The notes beneath the pieces are model-generated. The model searched no databases. It was not told where the DNA came from and was given only the letters and a program-made list of their open reading frames with translations. From positions 216,624-280,623 of the forward strand of contig JBHLNF010000003.1 of NCBI GenBank assembly GCA_048937405.1: a DNA stretch of 64,000 nucleotides, in the 5' to 3' direction. This stretch comes from Promethearchaeota archaeon (GTDB taxonomy: Archaea; Asgardarchaeota; Lokiarchaeia; Sigyniarchaeales; SOKP01). Both the position numbers and the translations under genes were made by a program. Positions 38,548 through 48,790 of this stretch are shown one piece after another. Numbering within the stretch: the stretch's first letter is position 1; every line of letters starts with the position of its first letter.

Positions 38548-38832
38548 GATTTTTAGATTTCTAAAAAAATTTTATTAGTTTTATATAAGATTTTCACTTT
38601 TAAAAAGACTTCATTTTATTAAAAAGGATTTTACTAAAATTTATTTAGAATAAATTGAACGTGAGAAAATAAATTTCTGATATAAAGCATGTATTTTGAT
38701 AAGAAATTTCTAACTCAATTCATAAATTAGATTGTATTTATACTTTGTAATTGATATTAAAATTTAATTAAAGCAATAATAAAATCAATAAAAGAATAAT
38801 ACTTTTAAAGCTCTCTAAATAATAATTAAAAC

Positions 38833-39765
38833 ATGGACCTTAGCGCAGGAAAACCTATTGAAATATCAGATAAGAGTCTTTTCGATAAATATTTTCAAAA
38901 ATTTCCACCAGACATCTCTGAATTTACTTTCACTAACCTTTTCATGTGGAGGAATTATTATAATTTCTCATTTATCGTATTTAAGGAACATTTAATCCTA
39001 TTTTCTTATGATTATTTGAAGAATAGAAGAAAGCCTATTAATACAGACTCAAAAGATTATCTTTATTTTTTTCCTCCGATTGGTCCAAATCCTGATAAAA
39101 TCATTCTTGAATTATTTGAAAATCTTGGGAATGTAGAGGTTCATAGGGTTCCAGAAGACATCTGTGAAAAACTAAAGGAAAGTAAGAAATTTGCCAAATT
39201 AAATTTAAAATATCTTGAAGATCGCAATAATTGGGATTATGTACATGATAAAGAAGAAATATTGAATTTAGCGGGAAATAAGTATCGGCAAAATAGAAGA
39301 TGGTTACAGAAATTCAAAAATACCTACAATTACGATTTCCAATTATTATCAGTAGATCTCATTGAAAAATGTAAAGAATTGCAGCTTGAATGGTGTATCA
39401 TGCGAGCATGTACAGAAGATGAAAGTTTAGATGCTGAACAAGATGCTATCTATGAAGCCTTAAATAATTTTGATGCTCTTGGATTTAGTGGAGGTATACT
39501 ATGTGTAAACGATAAATGTGCTGCTTATACTTTTGGTGAAAAGCTTAATGAAAAAGTTTTAGTGATTCATATTGAAAAGGCTCATATGGAATATGACGGG
39601 GCTTATCAAGCAATTAACAATTTTTTCTTAAAAAATAGTTATGAAGAGGCAGTTTATGTTAATAGAGAACAAGATTTAGGTATAGAGGGGTTAAGAAGAG
39701 CGAAAGAGTCCTATAAACCTATTCATATGATTAAAAAAAGTATTATTTACAGAAAAAAAATGTAA
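38833..39765 (+). CDS. DUF2156 (lysyl-phosphatidylglycerol synthase C-terminal-like, GNAT fold) protein
   Basis: N-terminal FTFTNLFMWRNYYNFSF signature and ~300-aa length, typical of DUF2156. Tentative. Confidence 0.45.
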   Translation: MDLSAGKPIEISDKSLFDKYFQKFPPDISEFTFTNLFMWRNYYNFSFIVFKEHLILFSYDYLKNRRKPINTDSKDYLYFFPPIGPNPDKIILELFENLGNVEVHRVPEDICEKLKESKKFAKLNLKYLEDRNNWDYVHDKEEILNLAGNKYRQNRRWLQKFKNTYNYDFQLLSVDLIEKCKELQLEWCIMRACTEDESLDAEQDAIYEALNNFDALGFSGGILCVNDKCAAYTFGEKLNEKVLVIHIEKAHMEYDGAYQAINNFFLKNSYEEAVYVNREQDLGIEGLRRAKESYKPIHMIKKSIIYRKKM

Positions 39766-39884
39766 AATAACCCTTAATAAATTCTTTATAGGATATTTAT
39801 TCAATGTTATATTATGTATTCTTATAAGTTTAAATCTTTTATATTCTGGAAGAGGAATCTTAAGAAGTTTAAAGGGATTTAACT

Positions 39885-40295
39885 GTGGTCAAAGCTATTC
39901 GAGATTTATGGATTCAAAGATTAGATGGAATTGTTATATTTAGTAGAGTTTTTCATCAAAAAATAGAAGATCAACTATTTGGAGCCCTCTTAAGCGCTCT
40001 TAATTCATTTACTCAGGAGATAGCTGATGGAGAATTGACCAATTTTGAGATAAAAAATATTCGCTTTACAATTATCAAAAGAGAAAACCTTTTCTTTATA
40101 GCAAATTCCTCAAAAAAACATAAAGAAAAGAAAATTTTAGCAGAATTGGAGACTATTGCTAAGAGATTCTTAGAACAATATCCTGAAACAAAAAATCATA
40201 ATTGGAATGGATGTATTGATGAATATAAAAACTTCGAAAGTAAAATCACGGATACTTTAGAAGATCCAGTTAAAAAATTCTGGGATGATTTTTAA
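39885..40295 (+). CDS. Small longin/roadblock-like domain protein
   Basis: GIVIFSRVF...DQLFGALLSALNSFTQEI...IRFTIIKRENLFFIANS...ILAELETIAKRFLEQY, a beta-beta-alpha-beta-beta-beta-alpha pattern by eye. GTG start. Confidence 0.35.
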   Translation: MVKAIRDLWIQRLDGIVIFSRVFHQKIEDQLFGALLSALNSFTQEIADGELTNFEIKNIRFTIIKRENLFFIANSSKKHKEKKILAELETIAKRFLEQYPETKNHNWNGCIDEYKNFESKITDTLEDPVKKFWDDF

Positions 40296-40442
40296 GAATT
40301 AATCTAAATCACAGAAATACTTATTTGATTGGTTTACTTCTTTCAAAAATAAGAAAGGGAAAATATTGGATTTATAAATGTTTACATTAATATATGTGAA
40401 ATTACTTATAATACTAAAAAATCGAATAATATGTGAAAATTT

Positions 40443-42101
40443 ATGTCAGATGAGGGTTCACAAGAAGAAAAACCAGTGGGGAGATTAACAGGAAAGACTA
40501 CAACTCATACAGTTACAGCGGTACTTGAGGGTCCTTCGGTTGAAAGGAATAATTATTTAGTGCTTTATGGGGAAAAAGATGAAGAAGGGAAAAGGCAATA
40601 TTATGTATTTTATATTACCGAAATGTGGACAGATGAAAAGGGGCGTATGGCAAAATTGGGAGTACTTGGAGAAAGACCAACAAGGCCTTTTGAGATTGGA
40701 GCAGATATTTTTATGGCAAAAGAAGAGCAAATTTCAAAAATCTTAGGAATCTTTAATCCCCCAGAAGAATCCCTCTCCTTAGGAAAGCTAATTGGTTATC
40801 CATATGAAGTATATCTATTGATTAAAAATTTTGGCAGAATCTTCATTACTGGAAAATCTGGTTCGGGTAAATCTTATACAATGGGAGTATTATGTGAGGA
40901 ATTTCTTAAAAAGGGAATTCCTTTAGTTATATTAGATAGACATGGAGAATATGGCTCATTAAAAGTTGCTGGTGAGGATTTACCAGAGGGAGAGAGTGAA
41001 TTTGTTGATAGAATAATAGAATTTTCTGATTTAAAGAAGAATAAGGGTGGAGATGTTGATATTGAATATTTATTTTCATTAAAACCTTCGGATATTGTTG
41101 CACCTAATCTATGTTGTGTAGTAAATTTAAATGGTATGGCTTTAGAAGTTCAAGAAGCTATAGCAGGAAAATTGTTAAAGAAGTTATATGATGCAAGTAC
41201 AACAAGAGGAATTCCTCCTTTCTACTTATTTCTAGATGAAGCCCACTTATTTGCTGGAAAGAAACAAACAGAAACTTGCGAAGTTGTAAAACTATTTGCT
41301 CAAGAAGGTAGAAAATTTGGAGCAAATATAGTTATAGGTACACAACGTCCTCAACTATTAGATACAACAATCAGAGCTCAAGCAGGAACCTGGGTTGTTC
41401 ATAATCTTTCTGATATAAGGGATATTGGGATTACAATTTCAAGCGCAGAAGATTTAAGTAATGAAAATAAATCAGATATTTCAGGATTAGACAAAGGACA
41501 GGCTATAATCTGTGGAGAAGCTGTTAAAGGAATTCCTTTATTTGTAAAAATTAGAAAGAGAAGAACAAAGCATGGTGGGGTAAGTTTTAATCCTTTAGAT
41601 TTTCTCTCAGAAAATACAGTTGAGGAACTTCAAAAACGTAAGGAACGTCTTTTGGGTGGAAAATCTGCCGATGAACTAGAAACTGGAAAGTCTATGTTTG
41701 AAGAGATGTTGGAACCAAAGAAGGCAACCGATTATTTAGATGAGATTGCGGCTCTTAAAGTAAGAATTCAAGAATTAGAGGATGAGGTCTCACGTCTTAA
41801 AGAAAAAGTAGCAAATGTTAAAGAAGGAAAAGATATTCCGCTTATAGCTACAGATGAAACAATAGAAGAATTGCAAACTGAAATAAACGTATGGAAAGAG
41901 AAATACAATTTCTTGAAAGAAATGGCGGAAAAAGGCGGAGATGACATGATTCCATTAGATGAAGATAGTGAACAATTATTAGATTTGAATAATCGAATTA
42001 TCGAACTTGAAGCACAAGTTAAAAAATATAAATCAAGATCAGATGATGCTTTGATACTAGCAGAAAAATCTATAGCTGAACTTAAGAAGCGGAAGAAATA
42101 A
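40443..42101 (+). CDS. HerA/FtsK-like (DUF87) ATPase with HAS-barrel N-terminus and ~150-aa C-terminal coiled coil
   Basis: Walker A ITGKSGSGKSYT, Walker B FYLFLDEAHLF, GRKFGANIVIGTQRPQ. Heptad-rich E/K tail (LKVRIQELEDEVSRLKEK..). Confidence 0.75.
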   Translation: MSDEGSQEEKPVGRLTGKTTTHTVTAVLEGPSVERNNYLVLYGEKDEEGKRQYYVFYITEMWTDEKGRMAKLGVLGERPTRPFEIGADIFMAKEEQISKILGIFNPPEESLSLGKLIGYPYEVYLLIKNFGRIFITGKSGSGKSYTMGVLCEEFLKKGIPLVILDRHGEYGSLKVAGEDLPEGESEFVDRIIEFSDLKKNKGGDVDIEYLFSLKPSDIVAPNLCCVVNLNGMALEVQEAIAGKLLKKLYDASTTRGIPPFYLFLDEAHLFAGKKQTETCEVVKLFAQEGRKFGANIVIGTQRPQLLDTTIRAQAGTWVVHNLSDIRDIGITISSAEDLSNENKSDISGLDKGQAIICGEAVKGIPLFVKIRKRRTKHGGVSFNPLDFLSENTVEELQKRKERLLGGKSADELETGKSMFEEMLEPKKATDYLDEIAALKVRIQELEDEVSRLKEKVANVKEGKDIPLIATDETIEELQTEINVWKEKYNFLKEMAEKGGDDMIPLDEDSEQLLDLNNRIIELEAQVKKYKSRSDDALILAEKSIAELKKRKK

Positions 42102-42299
42102 TAAAAAATCTAATTAATTTAAGATGTTGAATATGTTCTATCTTTTTTCAATTTTTTAAAAATCTTCGATTTGTTTGATTAGGATTATTTGAGAATTAAC
42201 AGTTGACATTCCGCAATAATCATAATAAAACTTTATAATCACCATAAAAATATTAAATAATTCTAAACTATTCTAAGGAATTCTGCAAAAATTAAGTTA

Positions 42300-43748
42300 T
42301 TATTTGATGAATATATCTTTTTCCTCAATATCCATTATTTCTTTCTCAGTGAATTTCTTTTCTAATTTAATTCGACTTAGAAAGAATAAGCTTATTAAGT
42401 AGAAAAGTCCCATTGACGCCATCGTGAGAGTAATTATAATTGGATTTTTTTCGTTGTTTCCTGTAAGAACTATTCCTATTGATAGTGAGGCGAGTGCTTG
42501 ACCGATTGCCATAATAAAAGCAGCCAGACCAAAATACCCTCCAGAAATTCTTGAAACAGATTCCTCAAAATCAGATTCTACTTCCCTATCAGCAGCTTCA
42601 TATACTAAAACGCTTGCTAAAGGGGGATTAAATAATCCCGCGCCATACATAGAACCTAAAATTGTACCCATAGAACAAATGAATAATACAGTAACAAATT
42701 CAAAAGATAATCCTTTAACTAAAAATATTAATTCCATAAAAGAAGCAATCACTAAGGCTAATATACATATTTTAAAAGTTTTAAGGATTGAATTCTTTTT
42801 AAGTAATTTCCGCCAGATATAAAATCCAATAAATTTACTTGAAAATGAAACAATAACATAAATGTAGAATTTAGGTCCTGTAAACAGGAGAACATAAGTT
42901 AGAAAAGGAATCACTAAAGCACCTAAAATTCTACCTGATATCCCATTGAAGAACCTTACACCTAAATATTTTTTGAATTTTTTATCACTAAAGGGTGCTC
43001 GCATTTGTGTTAAATAATCCCGAACACTAATTCGACTACTTGAAATTTCTAGATTTGAAGAGTTATGAAAACTCTCGTCGACGGAAAAAAAAGTTATAAT
43101 AATTGTTATTAATCCAAAAATTGTAAAAATTATTCCTACCCATGGGATAATAGCAAGGATTATCTTTCCTGATGGTTCCCACCATTTAACATTTTTCGGT
43201 TCTGGTAATATGCTCTGCACCATTAATGGAAGCATTAGTGCTAATCCTGATGCAATTATTTGTAAAAAAGTTGTTGCAGCAGCAATTTTCTGTCTATTCT
43301 TATGAGTTTGCGATTGTTCAGTCAACATAGAAAGATGGACAGTTATAATTGATGCTCCTGTTATAGCCTTAATAATTAATATAATCCATAAAAATAAAGC
43401 AGTTGGCAAATATAAGGAATTATTTTGGGGGCATTTCCAAGGAAACCAAACAATAATGCTAGATAATGCCCATAAAGGTAACCCATACAAAAGATATGGT
43501 CGACGTTTTCCATATTTTCCAGGTTTTTTATTATCGGCAAGTATTCCAAAAACTATTGAAGAAATTGCGTTAACAATAAGCTGGAAGAAGACTCCTGCCG
43601 AAGTTAGGAATGAATCTAAATTAACGGTATAAACATAAAATTGAAATATAAAAGTACCTACCAACATGTTTGCCATAATAATACCGAAGTTACCTATGAT
43701 ATATCCTATCAGCGGTTTTCCATGTAATTCTCTTGGGACCTCTACCAT
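42300..43748 (-). CDS. MFS/GPH-family transporter (12 TM)
   Basis: ~12 hydrophobic helices. GKYGKRRPYLLYG loop, typical of the GPH/MFS loop 2-3 motif. Confidence 0.6.
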   Translation of the reverse strand: MVEVPRELHGKPLIGYIIGNFGIIMANMLVGTFIFQFYVYTVNLDSFLTSAGVFFQLIVNAISSIVFGILADNKKPGKYGKRRPYLLYGLPLWALSSIIVWFPWKCPQNNSLYLPTALFLWIILIIKAITGASIITVHLSMLTEQSQTHKNRQKIAAATTFLQIIASGLALMLPLMVQSILPEPKNVKWWEPSGKIILAIIPWVGIIFTIFGLITIIITFFSVDESFHNSSNLEISSSRISVRDYLTQMRAPFSDKKFKKYLGVRFFNGISGRILGALVIPFLTYVLLFTGPKFYIYVIVSFSSKFIGFYIWRKLLKKNSILKTFKICILALVIASFMELIFLVKGLSFEFVTVLFICSMGTILGSMYGAGLFNPPLASVLVYEAADREVESDFEESVSRISGGYFGLAAFIMAIGQALASLSIGIVLTGNNEKNPIIITLTMASMGLFYLISLFFLSRIKLEKKFTEKEIMDIEEKDIFIK

Positions 43749-44041
43749 ATCAATATAAAGTGTATATTAATAATTAACTTTTCGATTTCGCAAAGAATAA
43801 ATTAAATTAGTAGAAATTTTTAAAGAAATTTCTAATCTTCTTTTTTATCTCTTGTCATTTCTAAACTTTTTTTCATTACAATTCTATAACTGATAAATCG
43901 GGTTATAGAATTTAAGTGTATAATTTTAATTTAAGTATTTTTACTAATATAATTTGAATTTCCTTTTCTTTGTTTTATTTAACTTAATGTATTATTTGCA
44001 ATTAAAAATTTTAAATTAGATTAAGTCTTATTTTTGTAGTA

Positions 44042-45082
44042 ATGAGTCAAAACCAGATATTGTGTGTTACTTACTTTGATCAAGTAATTGGCCCTAGTTT
44101 TCTTTATTCCAGTGAACCGTTAATTGAATCCATTGATATTCCCGATATTAATAGGATCCTTGAATTTAATGAAGAAGAAGGGACATTCATTTTTGCATAT
44201 AGAAAATATCAAACGGTAAATCATATTTTTTATATAGATTCTGATTTAGCACGAGGAGGAAGAGAATTAATGATGATTTCATATATGATCAAGACTGCTA
44301 TCTTTAAAGATGAAATTGTAGATGTTTTCAAGTATTTGGACTCGAAAGGACCAATTTTGGAGGATTTTGCCTTGGAGGTTAAAAATATAAAAGATCTAAC
44401 CTCCTTCTTACATGAGAAGAAGAGTGGGTTGACTGGTGATTTTTTGCTAGAACTCGCTAATAATAATTTAAAGAGCATATTTTTGGAAATTTTTAATAAA
44501 TACTTTGCAAAATTAGCTCCTAAATACCGATTAGAAACCCCAATTAAAGATAGACGTCTGATCAAGAAAATATTTATTGTTGGGGCTCCAAGAGTAGGAA
44601 AGACTACATTTTTGAAAAATATTGAATTAATTCAATTTTTGAATATAAAAAGAAATGATTTACCAAGTAGAATTTTTGAAGTAGTTGTTGAAAACATTGA
44701 TATCTTAGATTATGATCCTAATTCAAGTGAGTTTGAATGTAAGGAATTTGAAAATTTAGAAAACTGTGTAAATTTCTCACAAGGTTTTATTCTCCTTTTT
44801 GATTTATCTGATAAGCATTCAGCATTAAGAACAAAAGAAATTTTTCAAATTGTCGATAATACACGATTGGAAATGCAAAGACAATTAGCACCAATTTTAA
44901 TAATTGGAAATAAATTCCACAGTGAGAAAGAACTTGATCCAAAATTTATTAATGAAACCTTTGAAATTGAAAAATTAAAAGAACTTGGAGTTAAAATTAA
45001 TTATATTCCCATAAATATTTTGAAAGAAGATGAAAAAATGATGAATGCTTTACGATGGCTAATAATTAATATATTAGAGTAG
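44042..45082 (+). CDS. Longin/roadblock-like N-domain fused to a degenerate Ras-superfamily GTPase domain
   Basis: C-half: P-loop IVGAPRVGKT. No DxxGQ (has DILDYDP). NKxD replaced by GNKFH. No SAK. N-half has an ILCVTYFDQVIGPS.. mixed alpha/beta pattern. Confidence 0.5.
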   Translation: MSQNQILCVTYFDQVIGPSFLYSSEPLIESIDIPDINRILEFNEEEGTFIFAYRKYQTVNHIFYIDSDLARGGRELMMISYMIKTAIFKDEIVDVFKYLDSKGPILEDFALEVKNIKDLTSFLHEKKSGLTGDFLLELANNNLKSIFLEIFNKYFAKLAPKYRLETPIKDRRLIKKIFIVGAPRVGKTTFLKNIELIQFLNIKRNDLPSRIFEVVVENIDILDYDPNSSEFECKEFENLENCVNFSQGFILLFDLSDKHSALRTKEIFQIVDNTRLEMQRQLAPILIIGNKFHSEKELDPKFINETFEIEKLKELGVKINYIPINILKEDEKMMNALRWLIINILE

Positions 45083-45218
45083 TAATTATAGAAAAAAAAT
45101 TCAATTTTAGACTTTTTATCAATAATATGGACATCCAACAAATCTTTTAAATTATTATAAATATATTAAATAAAAGCAATAAAGCATTCTGACTCAAATA
45201 ATTTCATAAAAGATAAAG

Positions 45219-45569
45219 ATGGGAATCAAAGGTATTGGATGGGGAATAATTTTCTTAATTACTGCAGTGATCTATTCTGCAATTCCTACTTATTTAATAA
45301 TAAGATTTTGGGTTTGGTTAAACGGTTTTCCGGTATATACGTTATCATTATTCATGCTATTTTTATGGATTGTAGCTATAATTGTTGTTTTAATATACAT
45401 TGTAGCGATGATAAGAGCTTTTATTCAAAGAAATAATGAAGAAGGTTTAGGTATACCAAAAGGAGTTAAAGGATTTGGATTAGTTTCAAGTATAATCGTT
45501 CTCTCATTTATGTTGATTTGGTATTTTATTTTTAACCAGATTGCTTTTTTCTCTATGATACCTACTTAA
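45219..45569 (+). CDS. Small integral membrane protein (3-4 TM)
   Basis: Hydrophobic helices only; no family recognised. Confidence 0.4.
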   Translation: MGIKGIGWGIIFLITAVIYSAIPTYLIIRFWVWLNGFPVYTLSLFMLFLWIVAIIVVLIYIVAMIRAFIQRNNEEGLGIPKGVKGFGLVSSIIVLSFMLIWYFIFNQIAFFSMIPT

Positions 45570-45830
45570 AAAATTTTAAAAGTAGAAAATATTACTTAAG
45601 GATCTCTTCGATATTTACCAGATTTTTGAGTTGCTTCAATCAATGATTTTACATCCTGGATTTTTCAGCAGGGTGCATATTAGCTACGAAGAATATCAAA
45701 TCATCATCAGTAGATTTAGGCTTAATAATTACTTTAATGTAAAATTTATAAATATTCAAAGGATATATGTCTATATCCATTAAAAAATATGAATATATTA
45801 AATCCAATATAATATTCTTTGTGATTTAAA

Positions 45831-46919
45831 ATGTCTGTCGAATATGGTGGGCAGTTTTTTAAAGTTATTAATAAAAAAAGTTCGCTAATTCTTGATTTAA
45901 GTAATCAAGGAATAAGAGATATATCTGAAATTAAGGGGCTTGATAATCTTGTAAATTTAAGATATCTTAATCTTAATAAAAATCAAATTACTGAAATTAA
46001 GGGTCTCGATAATCTAAGGATATTAGAGACTTTATCACTAGAAAACAATAATATTTCCGAGATTAAAGGTCTTGATAATTTAAATTTATTACAGCATCTG
46101 TTACTCAATGGAAATAATATTACTGAGATTAAAGGTCTTGGTAATCTTTCAAGTTTAAAGAGAATTGAACTACAAGATAATCCAGTTAGGGCTTCTGCAA
46201 AAGAGATGTTTGGAAGATATTGGTCAAATCCACAACCTATGGTAAAATATTGTCAACAAAAGGTTCCAGAGATTAGAGAACATGAAAAAGTTAAAAAATC
46301 AAAAGAAGAAACAATTCAATACCTCAAAAATTTACCATCTATATATGAGGAAATAACATTTGAAGAAATTAGCTTAAAAACAGGCTATAGTAAAAGAGAA
46401 CTTAAGGCTTTAACTGAAGATTTAATTTTAAAAGGAGATATACCAGGGTCAATTAGAGAAAATATTATAATATTTAAGAAAGAATTATTAACGGAAGCTC
46501 TGCAAGAAGAAACTATTCCCATAGAAAAACAAAGTAAAAAAATTTTTGTAAGTTATGCTACAAAAGACGCGGAATTATTCAAAATAAAGGAAATCGCAAA
46601 AGGTCTTAGAATTTATGATGAGATAGAGGAGGTTCTTTATTATGAAGCAGAATCATATGATAATTTTGTTAAATATATGAACGATAATCTCGGTAGATGT
46701 GATGTGGTACTCCTATTTTGCTCTCCAAATTCATTAGAATCTGGACCAGTTGAAAAAGAGTGGACTGCTGCGGATGCAATGAACAAACCTATTATTCCAG
46801 TATTTATAAGAGCGGATCATATTCCTCCACTTTTAAAATCAAGGTTAGGTGTTGAATTTGATACTTTTAATATGGAAAAAAATATTGAAGAGATTTATAG
46901 GATAATAATGAAAAGATGA
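45831..46919 (+). CDS. LRR (4 repeats) + winged-helix module + C-terminal TIR domain protein
   Basis: LRRs N.ItEIKGLDNL..L. WH-like ITFEEISLKTGYSKRELKALTEDLILKGDIPGSIRENIIIFKK. TIR-like KKIFVSYATKD...CDVVLLFCSPNSLESGPVEKEW...PIIPV. Confidence 0.75.
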   Translation: MSVEYGGQFFKVINKKSSLILDLSNQGIRDISEIKGLDNLVNLRYLNLNKNQITEIKGLDNLRILETLSLENNNISEIKGLDNLNLLQHLLLNGNNITEIKGLGNLSSLKRIELQDNPVRASAKEMFGRYWSNPQPMVKYCQQKVPEIREHEKVKKSKEETIQYLKNLPSIYEEITFEEISLKTGYSKRELKALTEDLILKGDIPGSIRENIIIFKKELLTEALQEETIPIEKQSKKIFVSYATKDAELFKIKEIAKGLRIYDEIEEVLYYEAESYDNFVKYMNDNLGRCDVVLLFCSPNSLESGPVEKEWTAADAMNKPIIPVFIRADHIPPLLKSRLGVEFDTFNMEKNIEEIYRIIMKR

Positions 46920-47066
46920 GTAATTTCAGTAAAATTACAAGTAAGATTTTCAAAATCTTTTTAGAGATAGTTATTCTTAATTTCTAATGTTATTATTCTT
47001 ATAATAATACTATTAGAATAAAGAGAAAAAAAAACCTAAAGGATTAAAAAAGATAGTAGAATAACT

Positions 47067-47276
47067 TTATTCTTTTCTAATCATAATAATTAATATAATA
47101 ATTATTAACACTTCAAAAATGATACCGAATGTAAGCATTATAGCGAAAACTAGTTCAATGTCAACGTTTGGGTTTTCTGGATCAACAAGAGCGGGATTAA
47201 TTATAAACGCCAAAAAATTAAAGATTGCAATAATGACTAAAAGTATAACAATAATTTTATCTGGTTTTTTCCACAT
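47067..47276 (-). CDS. Small membrane protein (2 TM)
   Basis: 69 aa with two hydrophobic helices. Weak support. Confidence 0.3.
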   Translation of the reverse strand: MWKKPDKIIVILLVIIAIFNFLAFIINPALVDPENPNVDIELVFAIMLTFGIIFEVLIIIILIIMIRKE

Positions 47277-47428
47277 TTTAAATCACAACCTAATTTGCTT
47301 ATATAATTAATATTGAATTTGCAAATTATTTACTTTATCAATATAGAATTTTATTTAAAAGTTCCCAAAATTGTCTATTTTTATACTAGATATTTCTTTA
47401 AGTTTTGATTGTATTCTTATTTTTTTGG

Positions 47429-48637
47429 TTAATTTAGCAAGATTTTCAAGATTCTGAGAATAAATTTTGGATTTTTCATAATAAATTTGAAAAAGAAAGA
47501 AATTACGAAAGGTACTTTTAGTAGTTGATAGAGGATAGCTTTTGGAAAGTCCATATCTCCATATAAAGAAATTTTATTTTCAATTTTAGCAGATTTTATT
47601 ATTTGAAGCAATTTTTCAAAATCATCATTTGTAAATTTTTCCAATACAGACCGAATTAAATAATGGATTTTTAATTCTCTTCCTATAATGGATCTACATG
47701 GATTTTCATAATATTTTTGAATAATCTTTTTTGAGAATTTACTATATTTAAAGCATTTTTTAACACAGCTTGTCGCATACTTTGCTGCAATTAATAGCAT
47801 TACAATTCCACCTCCTGTACTAGCTTTAACTTGACACGCAGAATCACCTAACAATAAAATGTTATCAAATGAGAGTTTATTCATTAAACCATAAGGTATA
47901 AGCCCTCCTTGCTGATCGATTTTTTGACGAGAATTAATATTAATTCTTTTTAGAAAAACCTGAAAGTTCTTTGCAATGTTTTTTGAACATGCCAAACCAA
48001 TACGATAGATTTTTCTTCCTTCAGGAACAATCCAACCAAATAATTCTTTCCATCTTTTATCAAAAAACATTGTAGCTTCATTTTCATCAAATTGCGCTTC
48101 GATACGAATTTGAGTAGCAAATAAATTCCTATTCTTTATACCTAGCAATCCTGCTACTGACGACAAAGGTCCATCACACCCAATAAGCATATTAACTTTA
48201 ATCTTTCTCTTTGAAGTTTCGACGAGTATATATTTTTGCTGAGCATCCTTTATATATTTGAAATTTTTGAATTTTTCTCCAAGCAAATATAATATATTTT
48301 CGTTCAGTTTTACTTTATTATAGAATAAACGATCAAAAGCTATTCTATCGATAATATATGGTTTTTCATTTCCTGATAATTTAATATAAGTTCCTGTTGG
48401 ACCAATAATTTTGGCAGTTTTTACTTGATTCAATATGATTTCATGAGGTAAATTAACTAATTTACTTAATTTTTGAGAAACTATCCCTGCGCATTGAAAA
48501 GGCATTCCAATCTCTTCATGTTCTTCAATAACTATAATTTTCAAATCTGTATTAGATAGTAAATAGCATAAATAGTTTCCGGCTAAACTTGCTCCAATGA
48601 TAGCTAAATCGAATTTCTCTATGTTTTGAATCATCAA
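47429..48637 (-). CDS. Geranylgeranyl reductase family FAD-dependent oxidoreductase
   Basis: FDLAIIGASLAGNYL dinucleotide fold. LLLGDSACQVKASTGGGI motif. Confidence 0.7.
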   Translation of the reverse strand: MMIQNIEKFDLAIIGASLAGNYLCYLLSNTDLKIIVIEEHEEIGMPFQCAGIVSQKLSKLVNLPHEIILNQVKTAKIIGPTGTYIKLSGNEKPYIIDRIAFDRLFYNKVKLNENILYLLGEKFKNFKYIKDAQQKYILVETSKRKIKVNMLIGCDGPLSSVAGLLGIKNRNLFATQIRIEAQFDENEATMFFDKRWKELFGWIVPEGRKIYRIGLACSKNIAKNFQVFLKRININSRQKIDQQGGLIPYGLMNKLSFDNILLLGDSACQVKASTGGGIVMLLIAAKYATSCVKKCFKYSKFSKKIIQKYYENPCRSIIGRELKIHYLIRSVLEKFTNDDFEKLLQIIKSAKIENKISLYGDMDFPKAILYQLLKVPFVISFFFKFIMKNPKFILRILKILLN

Positions 48638-48790
48638 AAGAAATAAGTAATGTAAAAATTAGAATTTTATCAATTAAGCATTATATACAATAAATATTTA
48701 GTAATATAATATTAGATTGTAATTTTATGAATGTTGAGTCCTTAAAGATAAATTTAGATTGTTAGAAAAATAGATTTGACTAGTTAAAAC

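Noticed and set aside
45600-45735. Coding-like stretch on the minus strand (..IIKPKSTDDDLIFFVANMHPAEKSR / DVKSLIEATQKSGKYRRDP, needing a 1-nt frameshift) between the small membrane protein gene and the LRR-WH-TIR gene.
   Set aside because: It is only ~45 codons, with no start codon or recognisable motif. It could be a decayed gene remnant, but I cannot support a call.
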